This document shows, piece after piece, positions 12,172-24,358 of a stretch of 64,000 nt of DNA; position 1 is the first letter of the stretch; each line of letters starts with the position of its first letter. Origin of the DNA: Centroscyllium fabricii (taxonomy: Eukaryota); the NCBI GenBank assembly GCA_051313645.2, contig JBNRSN020000015.1:119660001-119724000 (forward strand). Direction: 5' to 3'. A model generated the notes under the pieces. It saw nothing but the letters and a program-made list of their open reading frames with translations, was not told the DNA's origin and searched no databases. The position numbers and the translations under genes were made by a program.

Positions 12172-13315
12172 TTTTTTATTCATTGATGGGATGTGGGCGT
12201 CGCTGGCTGGTTAGGCCTGCATTTAGTGCCCATCCCTAATTGCCCTTGAGAAGATGGTGGTGAGCCACCTTCTTGAATCGCTACAGTCCATATGGTGTAG
12301 GTACACCCACAATGTTGTTAGGAAGGAAGTTCCAGGATTTTGGCCCAGCGACAGTGAAGGAGCGGCGATACAGGTCCAAGTCAGGATGGTGTGTGGCTTG
12401 GAGGGGAACTTGTAGGTGGTGATGTTCCCATGCGTCTGCTGCCCTTGTCCTTCTAAGTGGTAGAGGTCGCGGGTTTGGAAGGTGCTGTTGAAGGAGCTTT
12501 GGCGAGTTGCTGCAGTGCATCTTATAGATGGTACACACTGCAGCCACAGTGCGCCGGTGGTGGAGGGAGTGAATGTTGGAGGTGGTGGATGGAGTGCCAA
12601 TCAAGCGGCCTGCTTTATCCTGAATGGTGTCGAGCTTCTTGAGTGTTGTTGGAGCTGCACTCATCCAGGCAAGTGGAGAGTATTCCAGCGCACTCCTGAC
12701 TTGTGCCTTGTAGATGGTGGAAAGGCTTTGGGGAGTCAGGAGGTGAGACACTCGCCGCCGAATTTCCAGCCTCTGGCCTGCTCTTGTAGCCACAGTATTT
12801 ATATGGCTGGTCCAGTTCAGCTTCCGATCAATGGTAACCCCCAGGATGTTGATAGTGGGAGATTCAGCGATGATAATGCCATTGAATGTCAAGGGGAGAT
12901 GGTTAGAGTCTCGCTTGTTGGAGATGGTCATTGCCTGCCACTTGTGTGGTGCAAATGTTACTTGCCACTTGTCAGCCCAAGTCTGTATGTTGTCCAGGTC
13001 TTGCTGCATATGGACACGGACTGTGTCAGTATCCGACGAGTCTCGAATGGTGCTGAACAGTGTGCAATCATTAGCGAACATCCCCACTCCTGACCTTATG
13101 ATGGAGGGAAGGTCATTGATGAAACAGCTGAAGATGGTTGGGCCTAGGACACTGTCCTGAGGAACTCCTGCAGTGATGTCCTGTGGTTGAGATGAATGAC
13201 CTCCAACAACCACAGCCAACTTCCTTTGTGCTAGGTATGATTCCAACCAATGGAGAGTTTTCCCCTTGATTCCCATTGACTTCAGCTTTGCCAGGGCTCC
13301 TTGATGCCACACTCG
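12172..13315 (-). mobile_element. CR1/L2-group LINE 3' fragment (second family, A-tailed)
   Basis: RT peptide GVPQDSVLGPTIFSCFINDL...FANDC, then 3' UTR ending CCCACATCCCATCAATGAATAAAAAA. Confidence 0.85.
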
Positions 13316-13713
13316 AATCTGTTTCCACCGCCCTATCAGGCAACGCATTCCAAATCCTAACCACTCGTTGCGTAAAATGTTTCTCCTCATGTCGCCTCGG
13401 GCTCTATTGCTGTGGAATATAGAATATTGAAAAGCCAGTGAACATCATCATAGCAATACTTCCCTCAACTAAAGCATTTTTTCAAAAATACTTATCTAAG
13501 ATGACCTTATTTAGCTACCTTAAAAATGACAGTTGTGTACCTATACTTTTTGAAAGTCTAGGAATATTGCTGATCATTTCTTATTTCCCTAAATAAGTGG
13601 TAATTAGCACTGGCTTCTATCTCATGTGCCACAGACGTACTCTGAAGAAGCTATTGCCAGAAGGCACTAACGGTTCAACAAAGGCGACCAGTTAAGATTG
13701 TTTTCTTCTAGTA

Positions 13714-14258
13714 CAGGTCCTGCACCGTTAATCCGGAGACCGGTAATCCGGAAACTTCAGTCATCCGGAACGAATCCGGCCGGCTGGTAAGTGCATGCGC
13801 AAAATGGTCGCCGCGCCTGGCTGCGCACGCCCGGGCCTCTCCCCGACTGCCAGACTGGTCTGCGCACGCGCAAAATGGCCACCGCGCCTGGCTACGCACG
13901 CCCGGGCCTCTCCCCGACTGCCAGACTGGTCTGCGCATGCGCAAAATGGCCACCGCGCCTGGCTGTGCATGCCCGGGCCTCTCCCCGACTGGTCTGCGCA
14001 CGCGCAAAATGGCCACCGCGCTTGGCAGCGCAGGTGCAATATGGCCGCCACGCTTGGCTGCGCATGCCCGGGCCTCTCCCCGAACAATTGATGCTTCGGC
14101 GAGCACATGCGCAGACCATTCAAAATGGCCACCAGCCTTCACGGTGGCCATTTTGAATGGTCTGCGCATGCGCTCGCCGAAGCTTCAACCGTTTGGATTT
14201 TTCACTAATCCGGTACCGGCCTAGTCCCGCCGTTGCCGGTTTAACGGTATCGGACCTG
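13714..14258. mobile_element. TA-flanked MITE (Tc1/mariner-pogo/Tigger-like) with NRF1/YY1-like repeats
   Basis: TA|CAGGTCCTGCACCGTTAATCCGG ... CCGGTTTAACGGTATCGGACCTG|TA, internal GCGCATGCGC/AAAATGGC tandem units and a long hairpin at ~14094-14183. Confidence 0.85.
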
Positions 14259-14442
14259 TATTTGGTAGAACACTGGAAGTTGTTTCTGTTTGAAATTCAG
14301 TTGTGTTTGGGATCTCTCCAATATGAGTGAAGTACTTCATTATCTGCCATTAAATGTCATGTGCGCTGTGGATAGAAAAGGATTGATTTGTTAGCTGTGA
14401 CACTGAAGATTTTGAATGTTAATGTTTTTTCCCCTTTGTTAG

Positions 14443-14522
14443 TTGTGAAGCATTATTGCCTCATGATGTTTTGAATCAGTATCTTGGACCTTCATTGGCT
14501 GCAGAGCTGTTCATGCACCAAG
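14443..14522 (+). other. candidate host exon (80 nt)
   Basis: TTTTTTCCCCTTTGTTAG acceptor and AG|GTAGGG donor in non-repetitive DNA. One open frame: CEALLPHDVLNQYLGPSLAAELFMHQ. Protein not recognised. Confidence 0.3.
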
Positions 14523-14862
14523 GTAGGGAACGCCTTGCTTATGTCTGTCCGATTGTGTAACTGCATTGCTGAAGTGAAGTGTGAATAAATCCTTTGATAG
14601 CTGAAAGTGTGAAACTGTCTGTTGATGGTTTATCTTTCACATAAAATGCATTTGATTTATGTTCATAACCTTGGTTGTGATCGCTTCACTGTTTCAGTTT
14701 TGCTTTAGTAGTTAATTCTTTTGTTTGGAGATACTGTGATTCATATTTCTCTTTGTACAAACACAACAAATCCACTAAGAAAAGCACTTATTAAAGGATT
14801 TCAATTGCGAAATAAGTGACTACTACTGTGAGAAAATACAACAGTAGAAATATTGGGGATGA

Positions 14863-15113
14863 CATAGAAACATAGAAACATAGAAACTAGGAGCAGAAGT
14901 AGGCCATTCGGCCCTTCGAGCCTGCTCCGCCATTCAATGAGATCATGGCTGATCATCCAAACCCAGTACTCTGTCCCTGCCTTCTCCCCATATCCCTCGA
15001 TCCCTATCGAGCCTGCACCGACACATATCCCACCCTATCCCCGTAACCCCACATATTCAATCCCCCTAACACTAAGGGTCAATTTATCCTGGCCAATCAA
15101 CCTAACTCGCACA
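14863..15113 (-). mobile_element. HE1-like SINE, 3' half
   Basis: (CATAGAAA)n tail followed by the HE1 body in reverse. Confidence 0.85.
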
Positions 15114-15280
15114 TGAACTAAGGCTAGTGTTCTTGTTTAAAACGCCACCAGATCCTGATGGAACATCAGACGCAGTAGCAAGGTATCTAGTACTAGGCCC
15201 GGGTACTGAAAGAACTTGCATTTATATAGTGCCTTTTACAACCTCAGGACATCCCAAAGCACTTCACAGCCAATATAGTG

Positions 15281-15722
15281 CAGGTCCGGCACCGTTAATC
15301 CAGACACCGTTAATCCGGAAACTTCAGTCGTCCGGCACGAATCCGGCCGACTGGTCTGCGCATGCGCAAAATGGCCGCCGCGCTTGGCTGCGCATGCCCG
15401 GGCCTCTCCCCGACTGGTCTGCGCATGCGCAAAGTGGCCGCCGCGCTTGGCTGCGCATGCCCGGGCCTCTCCCCGACTGCCCGACTGGTCTGCGCATGCA
15501 CAAAATAGCCACCGCGCTTGGCTGTGCATGCCCGGGCCTCTCCCCGACCGATTGATGCTTCGGCGAGCGCATGCGCAGACCATTGAAAATGGCCACCAGC
15601 GTGCACGGTGGCCATTTTGAATGGTCTGCGCATGCGCTTGCCGAAGCTTCAGTCATTCGGATTTTTCACTAATCTGGCACTGGCCTGGTCCCGACTGTGC
15701 CGGATTAACGGTGTCGGACCTG
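15281..15722. mobile_element. TA-flanked MITE, same family as 13714
   Basis: CAGGTCCGGCACCGTTAATCC ... GGATTAACGGTGTCGGACCTG|TA, with NRF1/YY1-like repeats. Confidence 0.85.
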
Positions 15723-16112
15723 TACAGTCACTGCTGTAATGTAGGGGGAAATATGGCAGATAATTTGCACACAGCAAAGCCCCACAAACAGCAATGAGAT
15801 AAGTGACCACTTAATCTGTTTTAATGATGTTGGTTGAGGGATAAATGTTGGCCAGGACACCAGGAGAACTAGCCTGCTCTTCAAATTGCGTCACGGGCAG
15901 CGTTTCCTGTAAGCTGCACGGCCACACAGCTCTCTGCCGGTCCCGTGCAGCCCTGGGCCGGCTTTGGCAATGTTAAAGTTCGTGCATGCATGAAACTGTG
16001 AATGGGCCATACATCCCCCCAAAACATTACGGGGAACATTGGTCATGGGATCTTTTACATTTACCCAAAAGGACAGGCAGGGCCTCGGTTTAACATTTCA
16101 GCTGAAAGACGG

Positions 16113-17158
16113 TAGCTTCGATTTTCATTGAGCCGTGGAGTCGGGATTGGAGGCGTGCGGGGGGTTAAAATCCTGAAATCAGGGGTCCCGATCCGTCCCC
16201 ATGCCAGTTTCAAAGGAGGCAGGTACCCGCCCCACACTGGGACCCGCCTACCCGAGGTGGGAAGTGATTAGTGCCAATTAACAGGTAGTTAACAGGCAGT
16301 TTTTAGCCTAATCCCTATTTTTAATGTTGAAGTGTGGGATTCCCGATGGCTCCAAACCACGCCAAGTTAGAGGAGTCGGGCTGTCAGGTTGAAGGACTTG
16401 GAGGGGTCGAGATGTCAGTGTTCAGGTGAGTGATGTGTGCATGAGTGCAAAGGTAAGTGTGTTTGGTGTGTCTAAAGTGATTAAATAAGTTTAAATGACC
16501 TTTTATTACCTTTTCACCCTTCCTTCCTTTAGTTTTCTGGAGTGTCTCATCTCACTGGCACAGAAAGCAGAATGGCTGCTTTTTGTGCTGGTGTGATTTC
16601 TAACTGAGTCTGAGGAGGACTCATGTTAGAAGTTGGATTGTCAGTGTTTGACAGCTTCAAACAGCTGTGAAACGCTGATTTTTCATCTGTCAAAACTCTT
16701 GACAGATGAAATTTCAGTCTGTGACATCATCAGTTGCTGGGTGGCCCTTAATTGGCCTGTTGAGCCCGCCCAGAGGGCTCAACAAGGTCAACCAAGTTAA
16801 AATCTTGTGGATTGGCCACATCTTGATGGAGGCGGGACTACAACCCCAAAAGTTGTAGTCCCATAGAAACATAGAAACATAGAAACTAGGAGCAGGAGTA
16901 GGCCATTCGGCCCTTCGAGCCTGCTCCACCATTCAATGAGATCATGGCTGATCATCCAAACCCAGCACTCCGCCCCTGCCCTCTCCCCATATCCCTCGAT
17001 CCCTATCGAGCCTGCATCGACACATATCCCACCCTATCCCCGTAACCCTACACATTCAATCCCCCTAACACTAAGGGTCAATTTATCATGGCCAATCAAC
17101 CTAACCCGCACATCTTTGGTCCCGCCTCCTACCCGACTCCTGACTGAAAATCCAGCCT
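16113..17158 (-). mobile_element. Harbinger-like non-autonomous element interrupted by an HE1 SINE (16862-17118)
   Basis: Ends GAAAATCCAGCCT; reverse-complement similarity to 31570-32399. Confidence 0.6.
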
Positions 17159-17897
17159 GGTGTCTCCAACAGGGCAGCACTGGAGTGTCAGCCTAGATTA
17201 TGTGTGTAAGTCTCTTAATTGGGGTTTAAACACACAGCCTTCTGACTCAGATATATGAATGCTACCACTGAACCAAGACAGACACTGGTCAATGAGTTCT
17301 GTATACAATACAACTCATGACATGACAATATTCAATTTAATTCAATTCAAATTGCTTTATTGGCATGACAAGATACATCTTCTGTTGCCAAAGCACAGAA
17401 AAAGGACATATACAATTGAACATACAAACGCAGATCTAGACATACTGTGTATGGACAAATATACCCATGTATACATATATATACACACATATAATAATCA
17501 TATAATCTTTATTTAGATTCAATGGTCACTGGTTGTCCCTCTGCTTATGGCAAGCTGGAACTACAGTAACTACTCAGTTTAGAGCTTATAATTTTGCATT
17601 CCCTGGAAGGCCTTACGCAGATTAGTTGGGCTCTCATGGGACAGTTTATGTACTTCGTGCCTCCTGGTGGACACAGTATGATTGAAGATGTTTCATTTGC
17701 TCTGGTGATAACCAGTTGGCCATTGCTGCGTCAGCGATATCACTTCCAACGCATTAATATCCAAACAATGACAACAACTTGAATTTGTATAGCGCCTTTA
17801 ATGTAGTAAAACATTCCAAAGCACTTCACAGGAGTATTGATAGACAACAGATTTGACACCGAGCCACATAAAGAGAAATTAAGACAGGTTACCAAAA

Positions 17898-18170
17898 GGT
17901 TTCCTCCCACAGCCCAAAGATGTGCGGGTTAGGTTGATTGGCCATGATAAATTGACCCTTAGTGTTAGGTGGATTGAATATGTGGGGTTATAGCGATAGT
18001 GTGGGATATGTATCGGTGCAGGCTCGATAGGGATTCCGGGATATGGGGCGGGGCAGGGACAGGGTATTGGGTTTGGATGATCAGCCATGATCTCATTGAA
18101 TGGCGGGGCAGGCTCGAGGGGCCGAATGGCCTACTCCTGCTCCTATCTTCTATGTTTCTATGTTTCTATG
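17898..18170 (+). mobile_element. HE1-like SINE, 5'-truncated
   Basis: End of the V-domain, body and (TATGTTTC)n tail. Confidence 0.85.
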
Positions 18171-18670
18171 CTGCAGATATAACCTGGACAACTGGACCTG
18201 CTTTGGGTACAGCCCCATTTTCTTGCAGTAAGTCACTTTATTTCACAGCATATTGGAGCAATGTATCTATGCTAGAGCATCTTAGACAGTAGCATGGTCA
18301 TGCAGCTTGTGCCATATCATGTTTGTGTTCTGGGTCCAAGTCCAGCCTAGACTGAGGTGATGAAGTTTCCCCTCTCTGTAATTTTCTATTTCGAATGACT
18401 TTGCGGCAGTTTTAATCTGTTCAGAAGCAGTGCCAATGGAGAGCACAACAAAACTGGCCACAGATCGTCACTAAATTAGGTTAGTGCGACAAGATATTGG
18501 TTTGTGTGGGAAATAGAAAACATGACACTGGTGTAACATGGGGTGATCTCCTGTGGTTGTGCTTAAGGCACATTAATAGAAGGAGTGTTAATATGCTTTT
18601 GGCTCGTGATGCACCTGATCTAAGAACACTTGAATGGCATTGGGTGCATAAAGTGGAAAGGCACTCCTTT

Positions 18671-19400
18671 TTCAATTCAATTCAATTCAATTCAAGTTTT
18701 ATTGTCATTGCAGAGTACTAGTACAATACAACGAGACGAAGAATCGACTCTCCCGAGAGTAGTGCAAATAAATTACATGCAAATTGCATACAGTAAAGTA
18801 CATTATCAGGCGTGCAGGTACCGGAGTTTATTTTTAGAGTTCAGGAGGCTGACAGCCCTGGGGAAGAAGCTGTTCTGAAATCTAGTCGTGCGGGTGCGAA
18901 TTGATCTGTAGCGTCTCCCGGAGGGCAGGGGGTCGAACAGACTGTGGCTGGGGTGTGTGGGGTCTTTAATAATGTTCATAGACCTCCGTACGCAGCGTTT
19001 GAGGTAGATGCTTTCCATTGATGGTAGCTGGGTACCGGTGATTCATTGGGCAGTTTTGACTACCCGCTGCAGGGTTTTTCGGTCTGAGATAGTGCAATTA
19101 CCATACCAGACAGTGATGCAGCTTGTCAGTATGCTTTCTATTGTGCAGCGGTAGAAGTTGGAGAGGATGCCGGATGACAGCCTGGCTTTCTTCAGCTTCC
19201 TTCGGAAGTACAGGCGCTGTTGGGCCTTCTTAACCAGAGAGGAGGTGTTTAGTGACCAGGAGAGATCTTCTGAGATGTGGACCCCGAGGAACTTGAAGCT
19301 GGGCACCCTTTCCACCTCAGCCCCTTGGATGAAGATGGGGGTGTGTCTTCTGCTTCCAGTCCTCCCGGAAGTCCACTATGATCTCCTTAGTTTTCTTGGG
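18671..19400 (-). mobile_element. Rex1/Babar-type LINE 3' fragment
   Basis: ERVPSFKFLGVHISEDLSW...KKAQQRLYF...LPSGRRYRSIRTRTTRFQNSFFPRAVSLLN, with a (TTGAA)n tail. Confidence 0.85.
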
Positions 19401-19532
19401 ACTCATGACCATTGCTTTGACGAGCAACAAAGATTTCTCTTAATATCCAAATTTAAAGAAAGGAACTATCCTGGCCTTATTCAGTACCCAGCATAGTTAT
19501 ATTTTATTGGCACTACCATATTGCCCCCTTAT

Positions 19533-20288
19533 GGAGAAGGAGAAGGAGAAGGAGAAGAGGAAATGCAACGAGACCTGGGTGTCCTTGTGCACCAGTCGCT
19601 GAAGGTAAGCATGCAGGTGCAGCAGGCGGTGAAGAAGGTAAATGGTATGTTGGCCTCCATAGCGAAGGGGTTTGAGTATAGGAACAAGGATGTCCTGCTG
19701 CAGTTGTACAGGGCCTTGGTGAGACCGCACCTTGAGTATTGTGTGCAGTTTTGGTTGCCTTATCTCAGGAAGGATGTTCTTGCCATGGAAGGAGTTCAGC
19801 GAAGATTCACCAGGCTGATACCTGGGATGGCAGGAATGACGTATGAAGAGAGATTGGGTCGATTGGGCTTATACTCGTTGGAGTTTAGAAGAATGAGAGG
19901 GTATCTCATCGAAACTTATAAAATTCTGACAGGTCTGGACAAACTAGGTGCAGGAATAATGTTCCCGATGGTGGGGGAGTCCAGAACCAGGGGTCACAGT
20001 CTAAGGATAAGGGGTAAGCCATTTAGGACAGAGATGAGGAAGAATTTCTTCACCCAGAGAGTGGTGAACCTGTGGAATTCTCTACCACAGAAGACAGTAG
20101 AGGCCAAGTCATTAAATATATTCAAGAAGGAGTTAGATATAGTTCTTAGAGCTAAAGGTATCAATGGATATGGGGAGAAGGCAGGTACGGGATACTGAGT
20201 TTAGATGATCAGCCATGATCTCATCGAATGGCGGAGCAGGCTCGAGGGGCCGAATTGCCTACTCCTGCTCCTATCCTCTATGTTTCTA
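19533..20288 (+). mobile_element. CR1 LINE 3' fragment flanked by a ~90-bp direct duplication
   Basis: ORF 19521-20198 (QRDLGVLV...RPHLEYCVQFW...VNLWNSLP). Flank 19443-19532 is repeated at 20288-20344 + 20753-20785. Confidence 0.9.
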
Positions 20289-20344
20289 TATCCAAATTTA
20301 AAGAAAGGAACTATCCTGGCCTTATTCAGTACCTAGCATAGTTA

Positions 20345-20754
20345 GGGGCGACACGGTGGCATAGTGGTTAGCACTGTTGCCTCACAGCGCGAGAGACCCG
20401 GGTTCAAATCCAGCCTCGGGTACTATCTGTGTGGAGTTTGCACATTCTCCCCGTGTCTGCGTGGGTTTCCTCCGGGTGCTCCGGTTTCCTCCCACAGTCC
20501 AAAGATGTGCGGGTTAGGTTGATTGGCCATGATAAATTGACCCTTAGTGTCAGGGGGATTGAATATGTGGGGTTACAGGGATAGGGTGGGATATGTATCG
20601 GTGCAGGCTTGATAGGGATCGAGGGATATGTGTACAAGGCAGGGACAGGGTACTGGGTTTGGATGATCAGCCATGATCTCATTGAATGGCGGAGCAGGCT
20701 CGAGGGGCCGAATGGCCTACTCCTGCTCCTAGTTTCTATGTTTCTATGTTTCTA
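20345..20754 (+). mobile_element. HE1-like V-SINE, full length
   Basis: tRNA head with A/B-box-like motifs, V-domain, CR1-type tail. Confidence 0.9.
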
Positions 20755-20871
20755 TTTTCTTGGCACTACCATATTGCCCCCTTATCACATTATCATGGGT
20801 TGAACAATTTCATCCTTTCTCTACACATCTTCTGGGATACACGTTACTCTTCTCTGACTCATGGATTATTC

Positions 20872-21086
20872 TTTTTTTTATTCATTGATGGGATGTGGGC
20901 GCCGCTGGCTGGCTAGGCCTGCATTTAGTGCCCATCCCCAATTGCCCTTGAGAAGAAGGTGGTGAGCCGCCTTTTTGAACCGCTGCAGTCCATATGGTGT
21001 AGGTACACCCACAATGTTGTTAGGAAGGGAGTTCCAGGATTTTGGCCCAGCGACAGTGAAGGAGTGGCGATACAGGTCCAAGTCAG
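20872..21086 (-). mobile_element. 3' end of the A-tailed LINE family seen at 12172
   Basis: Matches 12172-12385. Confidence 0.8.
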
Positions 21087-21709
21087 CTTACTGAACATCA
21101 AAGTGTTCAGTAAGCTGGCTGGTACAGGATAAACATACTGCGCCAGGAATATATATAATACCCGCCCATAAATGTAAAATGCCAGTTCACTAAGATTGCC
21201 CTCTGTTACACTAAGCAGTAATGGTCTGGCTGTGGATTTGCATAAAACGCAGCTTGCATTTGATTTAAAAAGTAACACAGCGCATCCCAAAACAGCCCTC
21301 TTTGGAATGCTGATGTATTTTTTTTAAATTGCATTTATAACCTTCTTTAAAAATAATACAGCAATCCTCCCTCTTCTTCTTAGGCAGTCCCTCAGAACTG
21401 AGGATGACTTGCTTCCACATTAAAAGTGAGTTCTCAGGTGACTGATGAGTCCAATGCGAGCCCTGACGTTCCAGGTCCCGAACGTCATTTTAAAGGGAGG
21501 AAGATGCTTGTGCGTGAATTCTTTTAACGTGGGGTGGCCGTTGCACACCAGCCACCACACGGGCTTGACAGAGCAAGGTCTTGGTCCAATGAGACACATA
21601 GAACAATAGACTCAGTTCAGAATGAGAAGCAGATAAAATACAGGAAGGGAACAGATAAAAACTGGTGAGTTTAACTGCCAGATAGAATGAAGTTACAGAC
21701 TACTTGTTA

Positions 21710-22156
21710 CATGTTGAGCACCATTAATCCGGCACGGTCGTGACCAAGCCCGTGCCGGATTGCTGAAAAACCCGAACGAGTGAAGCTTTGGCGCGCGCAT
21801 GCGCGGACCATTCAAAATGGCTGCCGCAAAAGGCCGGTGGCCATTTTGAGTGGTCTGCGCATGTGCTCGCCGAAGCATCAATCGTTCGGGACCATTCAAA
21901 ATGGCCACCGTGAAAGGCCGGTGGCCATTTTGAGTGGTCTGCGCATGCGCTCGCCGAAGCATCAATCGTTCAGGGAGGCCCGGGCATGAGCAGCCAAGCG
22001 CGACGGGCATTTCGCGCATGCGCAGACCAATCGGGCAGTCGGGGAGAGGCCTGGGCATGAGCAGCCAAGCGTGACGGCCATTTTGCACATGCGCACACCA
22101 GTTGGTGAGATTCATTCTGGATGACTGAACTTGCCGGACTAACGGTGCTCAACCTG
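21710..22156. mobile_element. TA-flanked MITE, NRF1/YY1-rich family
   Basis: TA|CATGTTGAGCACCATTAATCCGG ... CCGGACTAACGGTGCTCAACCTG, with a duplicated internal hairpin. Confidence 0.8.
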
Positions 22157-22376
22157 TGCTTGTTTTATTATTTACAATACAGCATCATTCATCTTTGTAC
22201 CCAGTAATGGGTTTTTTCCAGCACTGTCCCATTTATTTGTAACATTGGCAGATGCTGGTCTCAGAAAACGGCAAGTTTTATCATAAAAATTCAACTGGTT
22301 CACTAATGCCCCTCATGGCAGAGAACCTGCCACCCCTACACATGACTCCAGTCCTACATGACTTTGTTGACTCAGA

Positions 22377-24358
22377 GGGGGCCATTTTCCCAACCCTGGG
22401 GAGGCGGGTACTGGCCCTGCTCCCAATCCACCTCTGTGCCATCATCCCGGGAGGTTGGTCCCGAGTCGCGCAGGGACCCGTCTCCTCGAGGCGGGGAAGA
22501 TGATTAGAGCCAATCAACTGCCTTCTAACAGGTAATTAACAGGCAGTTTTGAGGTTTTTCCCCATTTTACGCCTACAATTGTGGGCTTCCCGATGGCTGC
22601 GAACCTCGCCAGGGTCAACGAGGCGGGCAATGGGTCTGTGGGGGTGAGAGGGGTTGACATGTCAGCTGTAGAGGTGAGTGATGTGTGTAAGTGTGGACAG
22701 GTAAGTATGAGAGGTGAGTTTAAAGTTTTGGAAAAAATATCCTTATCTTTGCTTCTTTCTGCAGTCTTCAACCTTTGAGGATTCGGAGGTGCCTCATCTC
22801 AATGGTAGAGGTGGCAAAATGGCTGCTGCGTTCTCAGATGTAGCAGCCATCCAATTTCTGCTGAGGAGAGAGGTCTTGGTGAGCCTTCTGTGCAAGGGCT
22901 CACCTTAGAACAGAGATTGTCTGTGTTTGACAGCTTCTCAAAGGTATCAAATGCTAACAATTCATCTGTCAAAAGCATCATAGAAACATAGAAACATAGA
23001 AGATAGGAGCAGGAGTAGGCCATTCGGCCCTTCGAGCCTGCTCCGCCATTCCATGAGATCATGGCTGATCATCCAAACCCAGTACCCCGCCCATGCCCTC
23101 TCCCCATATCCCTATCGAGCCTACACTGACACATCTCCCACCCTATCCCCGTAACCCCACATATTCAATCCCCCTAACACTAAGGGACACTTTATCATGG
23201 CCAATTAACCTAACCCGCACATCTTTGGACTGTCGGAGGAAACCGGAGCACCCAGAGGAAACCCACGCAGACACGGGGAGAATGTGCAAACTCCACACAG
23301 ATAGGGGGGAATTTTTCCAGAAGAGCGGGAACCTGGCGGGGATTGGTCTGGGCGGCTTCCGGTCCCGCCTGCCCAAACAGCTGGGAAGCCCACGCAATTT
23401 TAGGTTAATGAGGTTGTTAAATCCCCGTCGGCGGGAGCGGGAGGTAATTAGGTCAATCGAGTCGGGCTGCAGCGGAGCTGCGAGCACTTTGATTGACAGT
23501 TCCAGCACTGGTTGTTGTCAGTTCCCATGGCAATATTCCACTGTGACATCACAGTGGAGTGGAGACAATGGGAAAGGCCAAGTGCTGGTGACTGACAGGT
23601 GGGCGGGCGGGCTCCGAATCCCTCACAGCTTGCAGCGGCTGTGAGGGCATGGTCAGAACTGAGATTGCTCAGTTTCTGTTCACAGCTGGTACTGAAGCCA
23701 GAACGGAGTTACTATCTCCTCTAAGGTGCTGGAGGCATGCCAAGCATTTGGCCGCATGTCCTTCACACCTTAAAGGAGAAGGTAATAAATTCAGGAAGTC
23801 ACACAACACCAGGTTATAGTCCAGAAGTAATAACCAGCGCTGTGCTCCCGCTGGGTTTCACTCAGTGGGGTTTAAGGTGGCGGGGTTAGGGCGGGAAACA
23901 CGGCAAAATGGCTGAGGGCTCTTAAAATGGCATTAAAGATGCCAATTAAGGGCCCTTAACGAGGTGACAACCCATCCCTGCCGGTCGGCGACGGGAAGGT
24001 TTCGGGGCGGGGAATCTGAGCGGGCGAAAATGAGAAAGCGGCGGGGATCCGGTGGGACCCGCCGGTTCCGCTATTTTGCCGGCCGGGCCACCCAAAATCC
24101 AGCCTCACGGGGACATGAAAATTACCCCCATGGTACCCGAGGCTGGATTTGAACCCGGGTCTCCAGTGCTGTGAGGCAACAGGGCTAACCACTATGACAC
24201 CGTGCCACCCATAGGCTGACATCATCTGTCACCGGCTTTCCCTTAAGGCCAATCAAGGGAAAATAACATGGGTTGGTCAGATGTGTCTGGGGACGGGACT
24301 GAAACCCGGAAACCACAAGTCCCGCCTCCAGCACGTCTCCATTGATAAAATCCAGCCC
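22377..24358 (-). mobile_element. Nested stack: Harbinger-like element > HE1 SINE (22979-24210) > second Harbinger-like element (23304-24129)
   Basis: The outer element ends AAAATCCAGCCC at 24358. The SINE is split at CACAGATA|GTACCCGAGG. The inner element has GGGGG.AATTTT/AAAATTACCCCC termini. Confidence 0.7.

Larger units (their letters stand above)
15209..17280 (-). mobile_element. Deu-domain SINE (SacSINE1/AmnSINE-like) split by a MITE, a Harbinger-like element and an HE1 SINE
   Basis: Pieces 15209-15280, 15725-16112 and 17165-17280 are colinear with the copy at 52625-53349. Confidence 0.65.

Noticed and set aside
13708-15656. Many overlapping Arg/Ala-rich ORFs in MITEs (also 21693-22152, 36198-36766, 37403-37701, 62159-62751)
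   Set aside because: Open in most frames because of GC-rich tandem repeats; no transposase motifs.
18177-18227. Possible micro-exon (CTGCAG ... GCA|GTAAGT)
   Set aside because: The acceptor tract is supplied by a SINE tail and the peptide is unrecognisable; too weak.
20345-20420. tRNA genes at SINE heads (6734, 20345, 35520-35588, 45318, 52125)
   Set aside because: They continue directly into SINE bodies; tRNA-derived heads, not tRNA genes.
21367-21590. RTE-like SINE/LINE remnants (also ~44925-45170)
   Set aside because: Resemblance from memory only; no coding motif or boundaries I can support.
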